Shown here one piece after another: positions 17,515 to 29,365 of a stretch of 41,205 nucleotides of DNA (positions are counted from its first letter, which is position 1; every line of letters starts with the position of its first letter). A model generated the notes under the pieces. The model made no database searches. It was not told the DNA's origin and saw only the letters and a list, made by a program, of their open reading frames with translations. A program made the position numbers and the translations under genes. The DNA is taken from assembly GCA_049472315.1 (NCBI GenBank), contig JBLIRN010000028.1:1-41205 (forward strand). The letters are read 5' to 3'. The DNA is from a bacterium. GTDB lineage: Bacteria; SZUA-182; DTGQ01; JAFGSM01.

Positions 17515-18333
17515 TTACCGGTAGTGGAAGAAGGCGCGGGCATCGGCGATCTCCACATGGAAAAAACCAAGGAAGATATCGCAGCGCATCTGCACGGGGA
17601 TCCGCCGGGGGTCATCCGAAAACCAGATAAAGACATCCCCCTTCCGGTTGAAGATCCCCTTGGTCAGCATGATAATCTTCGTCTTCCACGTAGGGATCGA
17701 CTCCCCCTGGAGGTCGAGGGTCTCCCGTTTGAGCACCTGGATCGCCAGGAGGTACTCCTTGCCGTCATCGAACACGCGGATGTTATAGGAACCGCCCTCC
17801 GCGAAGGGAAGTGTGCGGGCATAGTACAGGGCGGAGAGCACATCGTGGGTGTACCCCTCCAGGTTGAAATAGGCGGGCTTTTCATCCTTGTCGATGTACT
17901 CGACGAGACGATTCTCCCAGTCGAAGGTGATGGTCTTCATCTTAAAGTAATCCGTCTCCTTGATATTCGCATGGAAAAAATAGGAGAATCGATAGTTCGG
18001 ATCAAAGGAGGTCTCGATCCGGTCCTCCACGTCGATCCCCAGCACCTTCATCCAGTCCGCGGATCTGGCGATCGCCCGGGCGGTCAGCACCCGGGTATCG
18101 TCCTTGTAGGTACCGGGTGCAAAGCTCAACTGTGCGGAGCCGGCGTTGATGAAATTGGACCATCGCACCGTATAGTTCAACTCCTCGTTGAGAAAGGGGA
18201 GTTGGGAGGGTCGCTGACCCCCGGGCACCTCCACGCCGGGTTCGGCCCAGGCGATGGCGGGCAGACAGGCAACGGCGAGCCCCACGGCAAGGGTCAAAAC
18301 AACAGTAACGGCAAACCTCTGTGTTTGATGCAT
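17515..18333 (-). CDS. DUF3108 domain secreted protein
   Basis: Signal peptide from MHQTQRF; EELNYTVRW, DVLSALYYAR, IWFSDDPRRIPV. The longer ORF-track N-terminus overlaps tex and is rejected. Confidence 0.82.
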   Translation of the reverse strand: MHQTQRFAVTVVLTLAVGLAVACLPAIAWAEPGVEVPGGQRPSQLPFLNEELNYTVRWSNFINAGSAQLSFAPGTYKDDTRVLTARAIARSADWMKVLGIDVEDRIETSFDPNYRFSYFFHANIKETDYFKMKTITFDWENRLVEYIDKDEKPAYFNLEGYTHDVLSALYYARTLPFAEGGSYNIRVFDDGKEYLLAIQVLKRETLDLQGESIPTWKTKIIMLTKGIFNRKGDVFIWFSDDPRRIPVQMRCDIFLGFFHVEIADARAFFHYR

Positions 18334-18374
18334 CACCTGCTCTCCGTCATCCGTGAACCTGCTGTGCAGCCATT

Positions 18375-20573
<2,199 letters not shown>

Positions 20574-20883
20574 ACCCGGTCAAAGGTCCTCCAAAAGACG
20601 ATATAATGGATATAATGCACAGATTACATGGTAGGCGGTGATACCGGTTTTGTCAAATATTGTCACCCTTCACCGGCAAAATTTCAAGAAAGATTTCACC
20701 GATGTATTTATAGGGACGTTTGGGATATAATCGTTCAGGGAACTGATCGCCATCTCACTTTCAACATCACATGAATATTCAACTGCTGACAATCTTTGAT
20801 TTCTCGATCCTCTTGGGCAGGAGAGGAATATATATGCAATCGGTTTTTGAGCACCAACACACCGCAAGGGAGGGGTAAACACG

Positions 20884-22194
20884 ATGACCAGCATCGAGGG
20901 CCTGGACCCGAAACTTCCGCTCATCCAAAATGCCAGCCTTAACGGCAAGATCGTCCTGGTGCGCGTGGACCACAATGTGGTCAAAAAGGGCGTCATACGG
21001 GACCCCTATCGCATCGATCAAACCCTCGGCACCCTCTACAATATTGTGGAACGAGGCGGTAGGCCCATCCTGATGACCCATGTGGGGCGCCCCAAAGACA
21101 AAAAGACCGGAAACATCACCACAGACCAAAAGGACTCGGTGGAGCCCATCGTGGAGTATCTCGAACACAAGCTTCACACCACGTTTTTCATCCCAAAGTT
21201 TACCACCGATCCCGAGAAGGGGATCCTGGGCATCGATACCTCCATCAACCTTGCCATCAAGGATTTGAAGAGCCGGAAGATCGGGGGCATCTACCTGCCC
21301 AATACCCGATGGTTCCAAGGCGAGGAGGCCAAGGATGAGAACAGGGAACGGTTCACCCTGCAGCTTGCAGGGCTTGCGGATGTGTTCGTGAACGATGCAT
21401 TCGGCTCCTGGCAGAGTCACGCATCAACCTGTGACATCGCCAAACTCCTCCCCTCCTATGCCGGGTATCTCATGCAGCAGGAGATCCTCAATCTGAATCA
21501 TGTGCTCGATCCCCATCGCCCCTTCCTGGCAGTGGTGGCCGGGGCAAAATATGACACCAAGATCGGCCCCCTGCACGCCCTCTATGAAAAGGTCGACTAC
21601 CTCATCCTGGGCGGGGTTATCTACAACACCTTCCTGTGCGCGAAGTACGGCATCAAGGTCGCCGGGGTAGCGGACGAGGACATCCAGGCAGCCAGGGATC
21701 TGGTGGAACGGGACAAGGTCCAGAAGAAGATCCTGGAGATGCCCTGCCTCGTGGAATCCGATACCCTGGAGGGGAAGGTCCCCGGCAAGTACCGCACCAT
21801 CTGCACGGATGAGTTCAAGGCAGGCAAAAACTACGGGTACTTCCTGGACATCGACCACACCTCCTTCGACAAACCCGAGGTGCTCGACGTGATCACCAAG
21901 GCGAAGACCATCTTCGTGAATGCGGTCATGGGATTCACCCCCCACTTCACCGAAGGCTCCGAGGCGCTGGATCAGACCATCGACATGAACAGGGATGCCA
22001 TGAAGATGTACGGCGGGGGCGACACGCTCCAGGAGTTCAAGAACCTCTGTCCCGGTTTGTACCTGGCCGTCCTTGACAGCAGCCAGTACTACTTCTTCAC
22101 CGGGGGAGGCACGGTGCTGAAGGCAATCGAGGAGGGCACCGCCTATGGTCTGAAGCCGGTGAACATCCTCATGACCAACGGGAAGGCAGCCTGA
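20884..22194 (+). CDS. pgk: Phosphoglycerate kinase family protein (divergent)
   Basis: GKIVLVRVDHNV, THVGRPK, FVNDAFG, GAK...KI, GGGDT, TGGG; strong RBS GGGAGG. Confidence 0.85.
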   Translation: MTSIEGLDPKLPLIQNASLNGKIVLVRVDHNVVKKGVIRDPYRIDQTLGTLYNIVERGGRPILMTHVGRPKDKKTGNITTDQKDSVEPIVEYLEHKLHTTFFIPKFTTDPEKGILGIDTSINLAIKDLKSRKIGGIYLPNTRWFQGEEAKDENRERFTLQLAGLADVFVNDAFGSWQSHASTCDIAKLLPSYAGYLMQQEILNLNHVLDPHRPFLAVVAGAKYDTKIGPLHALYEKVDYLILGGVIYNTFLCAKYGIKVAGVADEDIQAARDLVERDKVQKKILEMPCLVESDTLEGKVPGKYRTICTDEFKAGKNYGYFLDIDHTSFDKPEVLDVITKAKTIFVNAVMGFTPHFTEGSEALDQTIDMNRDAMKMYGGGDTLQEFKNLCPGLYLAVLDSSQYYFFTGGGTVLKAIEEGTAYGLKPVNILMTNGKAA

Positions 22195-22332
22195 GAGAGA
22201 TACGGGGGCACATCGTGGCCGTGGGGTATATCCCGGGCCCAAGGGGATTCGTTACACTGCCCGCCACCCTTGCAAGCACGGCCCATTAATGCTATAAATC
22301 ATACCTGGATATGACAAAGGGAAAGTCTTCGT

Positions 22333-22409
22333 GCGCCCATAGCTCAGCTGGATAGAGCGACGGACTACGAATCCGTAGGCCACAGGTTCGAATCCTGTTG
22401 GGCGCACCA
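22333..22409 (+). tRNA. tRNA-Arg(ACG)
   Basis: Acceptor GCGCCCA/TGGGCGC; anticodon arm ACGGA-CT-ACG-AA-TCCGT; TTCGAAT loop; ACCA end. Confidence 0.98.
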
Positions 22410-22470
22410 TGAAAAAATTGGGGTGGGCAGGTCACCCTCCGCAACAAATCCGATATTATTTCCTTTCGTT

Positions 22471-24330
22471 TTATCCCCCCTCACTATGCGTGATCGGCAA
22501 CTGGATGGTAAATCGTGTCCCCTTGTTGACCTCGCTTTCTATTCTAATCCTGCCTTTATGCATATCGATGATACCTTGACACACGGAGAGTCCCAGTCCG
22601 GTGCCAAGGTCCTTGGTGGAGAAAAGGGGCTCAAATATCTTGTTCAGATTCTCCTGCGGGATTCCTTCCCCTGTGTCCAGGATAGCAACCTCCACAAGGC
22701 CATCCTTCTCGCTGCCTGTTATCGTGAGTACGCCTCCGGCAGGCATGGCCTGAATCGCATTCACGATGATGTTGGAAAAGACCTGCCTGAGCTGGATCGC
22801 ATCTGCCATAATCGGGGGTAGGTCATTTTTCATATCCATGTGCACCTCTATGATGTCGGGCACATGCACCTTTGACAGGGACGCCGCTATAACCTCACCG
22901 ATATTGACCTTGGACAACTGGGGCCTTTTTACCTTGCTAAAGGTAAGGATATCACCGATGATCCTGGTCGAAATATCGATCTCCTCCTCAAGAATATTGA
23001 GATGTCTCTTGATCTTTTCATCCTGTATATGGCTCAATTTGCCTTTCAGGAAATATACGGAGTTTGAAATGGCGCCGAGAGGGTTCCGCAGCTCATGTCC
23101 CAACGTCCCGCTCAACTTACCCAGGACAGCCAATTTTTCCGAGCGTACCAGCCGCTCCTGTGTCTCCTTGAGCTCCGTTATGTCCGTAAAAACCTCTATG
23201 ATACCGATGGTGTTTCCTTCCATGTCCTTATAGGGGGAAGCCATGAGCCTGCAGAACATCCTTTTACCGTCAACGCGCTCCTTTACGACCTCCGTATCAA
23301 TAAGTTCCTTACCGTTCAATATCTGCCTGAGGGTGCAGTATTCCGTATCACACAGCGCACCCTTCATCTGGTCATAGCATTTCATTCGTATGCCATTTTT
23401 CTTGGCGACACCCGATAGCTTGGCCATTGCCTCATTTTCACTCATGATATTGAAATCCGTATCAATCACCCTGATGCCGCTCGGTGAGCCGTTGTAGATC
23501 TGGTTTAATTCAATCGCCTTTTTCTTCTCAACCGCTGCCGTTGCCTCTGCAGCCGCCAGTGCATTCGTTTTTTGCATAAAGTTCTTTAGGTCCCTGACCA
23601 TTGTATTGAAGCTTTGTGCAAGATCCCCAATCTCATCACGTGTCTTAATCTCTATCGTGGTATCAAGATCGCCGCGTGCAATCATGCTCGATGCATTGGT
23701 CAGCGTGCGTATGGAGGTGCTTATTCTTTCTGAGATCACAATGGCTATCAAAAGACTGATAATCATGGAAGGAAACATCACGATGGCCATCAGAATCAGT
23801 GAAATTCTCCCGGTTGCCTCATATTCCCTTTTGGCAATGGCTATCTGTTTCATTGAGAGATCCATCAGTTCCTCTATTTTTTGCTGCAGCTCTTCAACAG
23901 CGGGCCCTGTCTCTTCCACATATACCCTCTTTGCCTCCTCAATCGCTCCGGCATCACACAACTCCCTAATCTTGATTGCCGAATGATGAAGCCTGCTATG
24001 CGGTTCCTCCATAGATGCATGAATCTTCATCAATTCAGGATCATCCGACCGAAAGGTATAATACCACTTCCCGAAATCACATCTGGAGGGGTCCAATTCA
24101 CCTTCGAATGACTTCCCCAATAGGATCTTATCGGACAACTCAATGACCCAGCGAAGATGATCCCCAATCTTTTCATCAAGAAACATATCGAGTTCCAGAT
24201 TCTCGATCAATGTATCGCTGGCCCTGTTCATCCGTGCAATGGAATAGAAAACAACAATGCTTAACGTGATCATCAACACCAGAATGATGCAGAAACCCCC
24301 GATCAGCTTCTTCCCGATTGTCATTCTCAT
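22471..24330 (-). CDS. Sensor histidine kinase: TM, CZB, TM, HAMP, PAS, HisKA, HATPase
   Basis: CZB: DHLRW...CDFGKWY...HSRLH. HAMP: GDLD...RDEIGDLA.SFN.M. H-box HELRNPL; NAIQAM; DTGEGI; FSTK..GTGLGL. Confidence 0.92.
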   Translation of the reverse strand: MRMTIGKKLIGGFCIILVLMITLSIVVFYSIARMNRASDTLIENLELDMFLDEKIGDHLRWVIELSDKILLGKSFEGELDPSRCDFGKWYYTFRSDDPELMKIHASMEEPHSRLHHSAIKIRELCDAGAIEEAKRVYVEETGPAVEELQQKIEELMDLSMKQIAIAKREYEATGRISLILMAIVMFPSMIISLLIAIVISERISTSIRTLTNASSMIARGDLDTTIEIKTRDEIGDLAQSFNTMVRDLKNFMQKTNALAAAEATAAVEKKKAIELNQIYNGSPSGIRVIDTDFNIMSENEAMAKLSGVAKKNGIRMKCYDQMKGALCDTEYCTLRQILNGKELIDTEVVKERVDGKRMFCRLMASPYKDMEGNTIGIIEVFTDITELKETQERLVRSEKLAVLGKLSGTLGHELRNPLGAISNSVYFLKGKLSHIQDEKIKRHLNILEEEIDISTRIIGDILTFSKVKRPQLSKVNIGEVIAASLSKVHVPDIIEVHMDMKNDLPPIMADAIQLRQVFSNIIVNAIQAMPAGGVLTITGSEKDGLVEVAILDTGEGIPQENLNKIFEPLFSTKDLGTGLGLSVCQGIIDMHKGRIRIESEVNKGTRFTIQLPITHSEGG

Positions 24331-24582
24331 TGTTTTGCCCCGGGTGCTACATTCCTTTGCGATCCGATACGTGCTTCCCCTGCCCGTTGACTACCATAAA
24401 CCGGCAGAGTCATCAAAAAAGGCCTCTCATGATAAAACCGTAACAGTCTAAATTGTCAATATTTATCTCGCATGAAGCATACGCTCAAAGTGAATATTTT
24501 GAAAAATTGGCAATGTAATTGATACGACATGACGTATTACGGCATCATGAATAGTGCCGCAAGGCACAATGTGCCTAACTAA

Positions 24583-24612
24583 ATTATAATGCTCGACATA
24601 AAATCCTGTCAA
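24583..24612 (-). promoter_or_regulatory. Consensus sigma70 promoter facing the histidine kinase
   Basis: Minus strand TTGACA-18 nt-TATAAT. Confidence 0.65.
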
Positions 24613-24955
24613 TCTTAATGATATATTTCATGCATTACGAAAAATCCATGAAGATGCCTCCGGGGGCTGGGGGAATCGGCCTCCTGTGGATTCCCCATCA
24701 CCTCTCCATGGAAGGAAAATCGGTCCGCAGGGCATTGCTCAGGGAATAATTGCAATTATCCATGGTTGATGCTATAACTGGATGCCAATAAGGACCTGCA
24801 GCGCACTGTACAGTGTATAGTAAAGAGACGCCGTTTCCTGTATACGGTTACACCTTTGTTTTTTCATGTGGCAATATTGAAATCGGACTGCCGCCCGAAA
24901 TACGGGAAGACCACGCCGTCGCCATTCTGATCAATGAATTATCCGGAGGAAGGCC

Positions 24956-25681
24956 GTGCCTCATACCCTATCAGGCGCAAAGGACATCCCGCTCGACAAA
25001 CGAATCATCTTCGCGCTTGATGTGGCATCCGTGGAGAAGGCAAAGGAGTGGGTTTCCCTGCTCAAACCCCATATACGGTTCTATAAGGTCGGATTACAGC
25101 TCTTCCTGGCAGGGTGGTTTCATATTGTGGACTGGATCATCGATCAGGACCTGGATGTCATGGTTGACCTGAAATTCTTCGATGTACCCCAAACCGTTGC
25201 CTCAGCAGTTGAACAGCTCCGGGACCGGCGCGTCACCTTTGCAACGGTCCATGGAAACGACGCAATCCTCAAGGCCGCTGCCGAAACACGGCACAACGTC
25301 AAGATCCTTGCGGTGACGGTGCTCACCAGCCTGGATGAGGCAGACCTGAAGGACCTGGGTTTTCAGTGCTCGGTGTCCGATCTCGTACTGAGCAGGGCAC
25401 GGCGTGCATTGGCCCTCGGCTGCGACGGGGTGGTCTCTTCAGGGCTGGAGGCACCCAACCTGAGGAATGAACTGGGCAGCAATTTCCTGGTGGTTGTCCC
25501 CGGGGTCAGGCCCCTCAAGAACCGGGAGGACGATCAGAAGAGGGTGGTCGACATCAGGGAGGCATTCATGAACGGGGCCGATTACGTGGTTGTCGGGCGG
25601 CCGATCCGGAATGCCCGCGAACCGGTACAGGAGGTCATGCGCATGCAGCAGGTCATCACGGAGACACTCCGCTCCTCCTAG
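24956..25681 (+). CDS. pyrF: Orotidine-5'-phosphate decarboxylase
   Basis: IIFALD, YKVG, DLKFFDVPQTV (DxKxxD), AVTVLTS, PGVRP, DDQKR, VVGRPI. Confidence 0.96.
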   Translation: MPHTLSGAKDIPLDKRIIFALDVASVEKAKEWVSLLKPHIRFYKVGLQLFLAGWFHIVDWIIDQDLDVMVDLKFFDVPQTVASAVEQLRDRRVTFATVHGNDAILKAAAETRHNVKILAVTVLTSLDEADLKDLGFQCSVSDLVLSRARRALALGCDGVVSSGLEAPNLRNELGSNFLVVVPGVRPLKNREDDQKRVVDIREAFMNGADYVVVGRPIRNAREPVQEVMRMQQVITETLRSS

Positions 25682-26008
25682 CACCCGGTGGCAACCCCAT
25701 GCCCCTTTCCGCCGGCACGCCAATGGCCATGCCCCTTTTGTCCGGCATCCAAGGGATTTTCTCTCTTCCTTCACATGGCTGAAGGGCACATGTGCCCAAA
25801 TACCATCCTTCGCGAATCGCGGTACTCCAACAACTCCCTGGCGAGCGGATGCAAGTGCCGAAAACTAAAGACATCGAGGATATCGAAAACTTGCAAAAAA
25901 ACGCGGATACATGCATAATACTGCGCTTACATACCACCTGGTGTATACCTCGCTGATGAATGTGAAGGGATACATCAGTTCTCCAATGAGAGGAAAGCGG
26001 TTGGTGCC

Positions 26009-26617
26009 ATGGAAGTAATCAGGGCTGATGATCTTTGCGGGCAGGTCCTCGCTATGCTTACGATTGCGGAGATGCATGCGCTCGGATTCAGCCGCCACAA
26101 CGGCCTTGCCTGCCCCCCCGGCTGCAGTGATTGCTGCCGAAATGACAAGCCGGAAGACTCCGTGCTCTCCGCCCTGCCGGCCGGGCTCTGGGCGGTAGAC
26201 TGCGGGCTGCTGGAACTTTTGGAACAGGCGGCATCCGAGCGACCCCTTGGCCCATGCGTATTCTATGGCCCGTCCATGGAAAGGCCGTGCTCCATCTATC
26301 CCCTCAGGCCACTCATCTGCCGGCTTTTCGGTTTTGCGGGAAAGAGGGATAAACATGGCACGGTGCAGTACCGCCCCTGTTCACGCATGACGAGACCGCT
26401 TCAGGTGATACAGGAAACGCCCCCGGTTTTCAGCGATCATGCCACCCGCATCGAGTTTCTGTATCCGCCCCTGGGCAGGGAACGCCTCCCCTTAAATGTG
26501 GCCTTCTACAAGGCTGCCCAGTGGATACTTCTGCGCCGTCAGTACGATCCTGAAGATCCCCAAAACGATCATCCACCGGTCTGCCGGCCCCCCCGAAGTC
26601 TGCCACGGGCGGCTTAG
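26009..26617 (+). CDS. YkgJ family cysteine-cluster (CxxxCxxCC) protein
   Basis: CPPGCSDCC, CVFY, CSIYPLRPLICRLFG. Confidence 0.88.
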   Translation: MEVIRADDLCGQVLAMLTIAEMHALGFSRHNGLACPPGCSDCCRNDKPEDSVLSALPAGLWAVDCGLLELLEQAASERPLGPCVFYGPSMERPCSIYPLRPLICRLFGFAGKRDKHGTVQYRPCSRMTRPLQVIQETPPVFSDHATRIEFLYPPLGRERLPLNVAFYKAAQWILLRRQYDPEDPQNDHPPVCRPPRSLPRAA

Positions 26618-27189
26618 CGAAGCACGGTGATCAGGCATCCCACCTGGAGATACCCCCGGGAGCCGTCCCACAGGAAGAGGTCCCCCCAGAGGCACCCCCT
26701 GCCGCTTTGCCTGGCATCCTCCTCGGCAGCCTCCAGGCGACTGGCATACCTGTCATCCGGCTGACGGGTGATGGCCCATGCATACCCATCGCTCACCATC
26801 ACGCCATTCACAAAGGTATCACCGATAAAGGCATAGCGCAGGAGTCTGTCGTACTCGTCGGTCTCGGTGGTATCCCTCTCGAGAAACACGGCCTTACCCA
26901 GGATCAATGAGGTAAGCATCCGGCTGGCCTGCTCCGAGCAGAACTCGCCATGGTCGGGCGCATCGATCCCTATCAGCCGCACCCTTTTCCCGCCCGCAAT
27001 GATGAAGGTATCACCATCAACGATCCCCTCCACCGCGTAAGACCCATCCGGATATCCAACCTGCGCCGTGGCATGGGGGACCGCCGATGCAAGGAGAAGG
27101 AGCATCAGCAGTGTGCATACAAGCAGTTGCACGGTATGGGAATGGGCGCGGCCCATCCCCCTTGTCTGTCCGATCAATGAATCCCCCAT
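26614..27189 (-). CDS. Thermonuclease (SNase) family secreted protein
   Basis: Signal peptide; IVDGDT, VRLIGIDAP, DEYDRLLRY, VN..MV..GYA, AR...RG.W. Confidence 0.9.
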   Translation of the reverse strand: MGDSLIGQTRGMGRAHSHTVQLLVCTLLMLLLLASAVPHATAQVGYPDGSYAVEGIVDGDTFIIAGGKRVRLIGIDAPDHGEFCSEQASRMLTSLILGKAVFLERDTTETDEYDRLLRYAFIGDTFVNGVMVSDGYAWAITRQPDDRYASRLEAAEEDARQSGRGCLWGDLFLWDGSRGYLQVGCLITVLR

Positions 27190-27544
27190 TATTGCCTGCC
27201 TGTGTTCCCCGTTATTGCCCTTGCCTCATAGTATACACCAATTGTCCTGCACATGGTGTGCAATAGGGCACTGATCATTACCGTATGCAAAAATAACACC
27301 ATGGCACACGATGCGGCATGCGGGGGATGTCCGGGGGCCGTTCGCGCACGCCACACAAACAGCGACAGCCGAACAGGCGATGAAGGGGAGACCAGCGAAC
27401 CATGCCTGGTGCGATGTTTTGAAACGACGCACAGGGATTGCACCGATTGGGGCGTTTCGGCGTTCGAAGGGTTCCGTTGGGGGCGGGCCTTGAAAAACCC
27501 GATTTTGTGGGAAAACCATCGCAGCGGAGGCAGAAGGAAGGGTA

Positions 27545-28435
27545 CTATCCCTCCCGCTCCGTGTCGAAGAGTCTGGTCAGTTGATCATGGAGATAGAAGA
27601 GTCTGGTCTCCTTCATGTTGGCATCGAGCACCACGGTGACATTGCCGTCCGCCCAGATAAGGTTCCCGGATTGCATATCCTTACGTTTGGGTTTCCCGTA
27701 TTTGTACATCAGGACATGCTTTGCCCTTTCGGAGACATCCATCTGGGGCCACACCAATTCGATCTTATAGAGCCTGAGGGATTTGGGGGTAAAATGAAAC
27801 CCGATGGTGCATTCATGGCCGAATAATTCCTTCAGCCGTGCGCGGACATCCTCGCTATCCGTGTCAAACGAATATCCCTCTTCCTTTAATTGCTGGAGGA
27901 TATCCTCCTTGGAGGAGCCCAGTTGAAACGACCTGAATTGCAGAACGGTATCCGCTTCGGCAGGCAGCTGCGCGATCGTGGAAACATACTTTTCGGTGAT
28001 CCATCCGGTTTTGCCGTCAGGGAGCGTGACCCGCGCCCACCCATTGAGGCTCTTTGTACGCTTCAATTCATTATTCTTCTTGGCCATTGTTACTATGGAA
28101 TAATTGGTCCCAGGGCCCTTGCGGACATTTACCTTATCCGCGGTGACATAGACCGTTTCCGAGGAGGGACTCTGCCTCGTGGACGAGATGAGCCTTTCGT
28201 GGACCCACCCTGTTTCGCCATCCGGGAGGATGACCCGCGCCCACCCATTGAGGCTCTTGAGAAGCTCGAGTTCGTCACCCATCCGGGCGGTCCTGACAAT
28301 GGAGTGCCTCGTGCTCGGACCTGAGCGGATGTTCACCGTTTGGCCGGAGACGAACACCTTTTCAGCCATGACCCCGGCAGGCCCCAGCATGATCACAAGG
28401 GCTGTCACAAGGGGAAGGAATTTCTTCATTCCCAT
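27545..28435 (-). CDS. Secreted protein with two bacterial SH3 domains
   Basis: Signal peptide MKKFL...; VNIRSGPST...GWARV.LPDG.TGW occurs twice. Start at 28435 or 28429. Confidence 0.85.
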   Translation of the reverse strand: MGMKKFLPLVTALVIMLGPAGVMAEKVFVSGQTVNIRSGPSTRHSIVRTARMGDELELLKSLNGWARVILPDGETGWVHERLISSTRQSPSSETVYVTADKVNVRKGPGTNYSIVTMAKKNNELKRTKSLNGWARVTLPDGKTGWITEKYVSTIAQLPAEADTVLQFRSFQLGSSKEDILQQLKEEGYSFDTDSEDVRARLKELFGHECTIGFHFTPKSLRLYKIELVWPQMDVSERAKHVLMYKYGKPKRKDMQSGNLIWADGNVTVVLDANMKETRLFYLHDQLTRLFDTEREG

Positions 28436-28699
28436 ACCTTTTTTCTCCCCGCACCGGTCAATGACCGGGTCTCCCATAACGTGATATCATGCACCGAACC
28501 ATGCATCAGTGTGGCTTGATGAGGCATGGTTTATTGAGTAGCATACCACTACTATCGGGACAATGTAAACCCGTGGAAATCGAAGATACGCCCCTCTCTC
28601 TCGCACATTATTGATTGTATCCGTCAATGGTGATAATGATAATACGCAACAAACACCACACAAGAAAACGGGGGCAACCACTACGATAAGGAGGATACA

Positions 28700-29161
28700 A
28701 TGGATAGGATTCCGGCAAGGATCGGTGCGGTGACATTGGCAGTCATTCTGTTGTGGGGATGCGCTCCCCAGGGTGCCGTGAGGCAGCGTGAATATCCGCT
28801 CGGGGCCGACAAGATCGAGATATTCTCCGGCCCCCCGGAAAAGGCCTATACGGTCATAGACACCGTCAGCGCACAGGTGTTTCTCTCTGATTTTGCCAAC
28901 GTCCGTGATGCGCAGAAGGCAGCCCTGAGGATGCTCAGGGACCGGGCTGACGAACTCGGCAGCGACGGGATTTTCGAGGTATTCCTCGAGCTTCGTGATG
29001 GGGAGGACGTCATCTCCTCCACCCTCTTGACACCTTCTTCAACGCTGGACCAAACGGCGATCCAATCAACCCTGGGCAGCGGGTGTGTCCTGTCCCCTTC
29101 CCTGCATGTCAAGGGAAAGGCCTTCAGATTCAAGGGGACGAAGGAAATCCCGAATCTATGA
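28700..29161 (+). CDS. Hypothetical lipoprotein
   Basis: AAGGAGG RBS; lipobox LLWG-C; P.KAY.VI..V...LR..A.ELG.DGI pattern. Confidence 0.75.
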   Translation: MDRIPARIGAVTLAVILLWGCAPQGAVRQREYPLGADKIEIFSGPPEKAYTVIDTVSAQVFLSDFANVRDAQKAALRMLRDRADELGSDGIFEVFLELRDGEDVISSTLLTPSSTLDQTAIQSTLGSGCVLSPSLHVKGKAFRFKGTKEIPNL

Positions 29162-29228
29162 TGCGCCTTCGGTACAGATAAGGCACGCAGGATTTCCTGC
29201 GGAGGGCTCGGGGCAGGGATATGCTTGA

Positions 29229-29260
29229 TAAAAAAAGCCCGCCCGGGCGAGCAGGCGGGT
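29229..29260 (-). terminator. Putative intrinsic terminator between convergent genes
   Basis: A-run followed by GCCCGCC...GGCGGGT; on the minus strand this is a hairpin plus U-tract. Confidence 0.45.
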
Positions 29261-29365
29261 CCATGGATCCGTGAAGGAGGTGTTAGATAATACCGCGAGG
29301 TACGTTATTAATCTAATTCCCATAGAACCGGTTGTCAAAATTCTCGTTGCATCCTTTTTTTTGAC

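Noticed and set aside
22333..24950. tRNA-Arg-anchored genomic island or prophage
   Set aside because: No integrase and no duplicated tRNA 3' end in the window; only a compositional hint.
25698..25752. Imperfect direct repeat CATGCCCCTTT...CCGGCA..CCAA after pyrF
   Set aside because: Two short degenerate copies with no supportable function.
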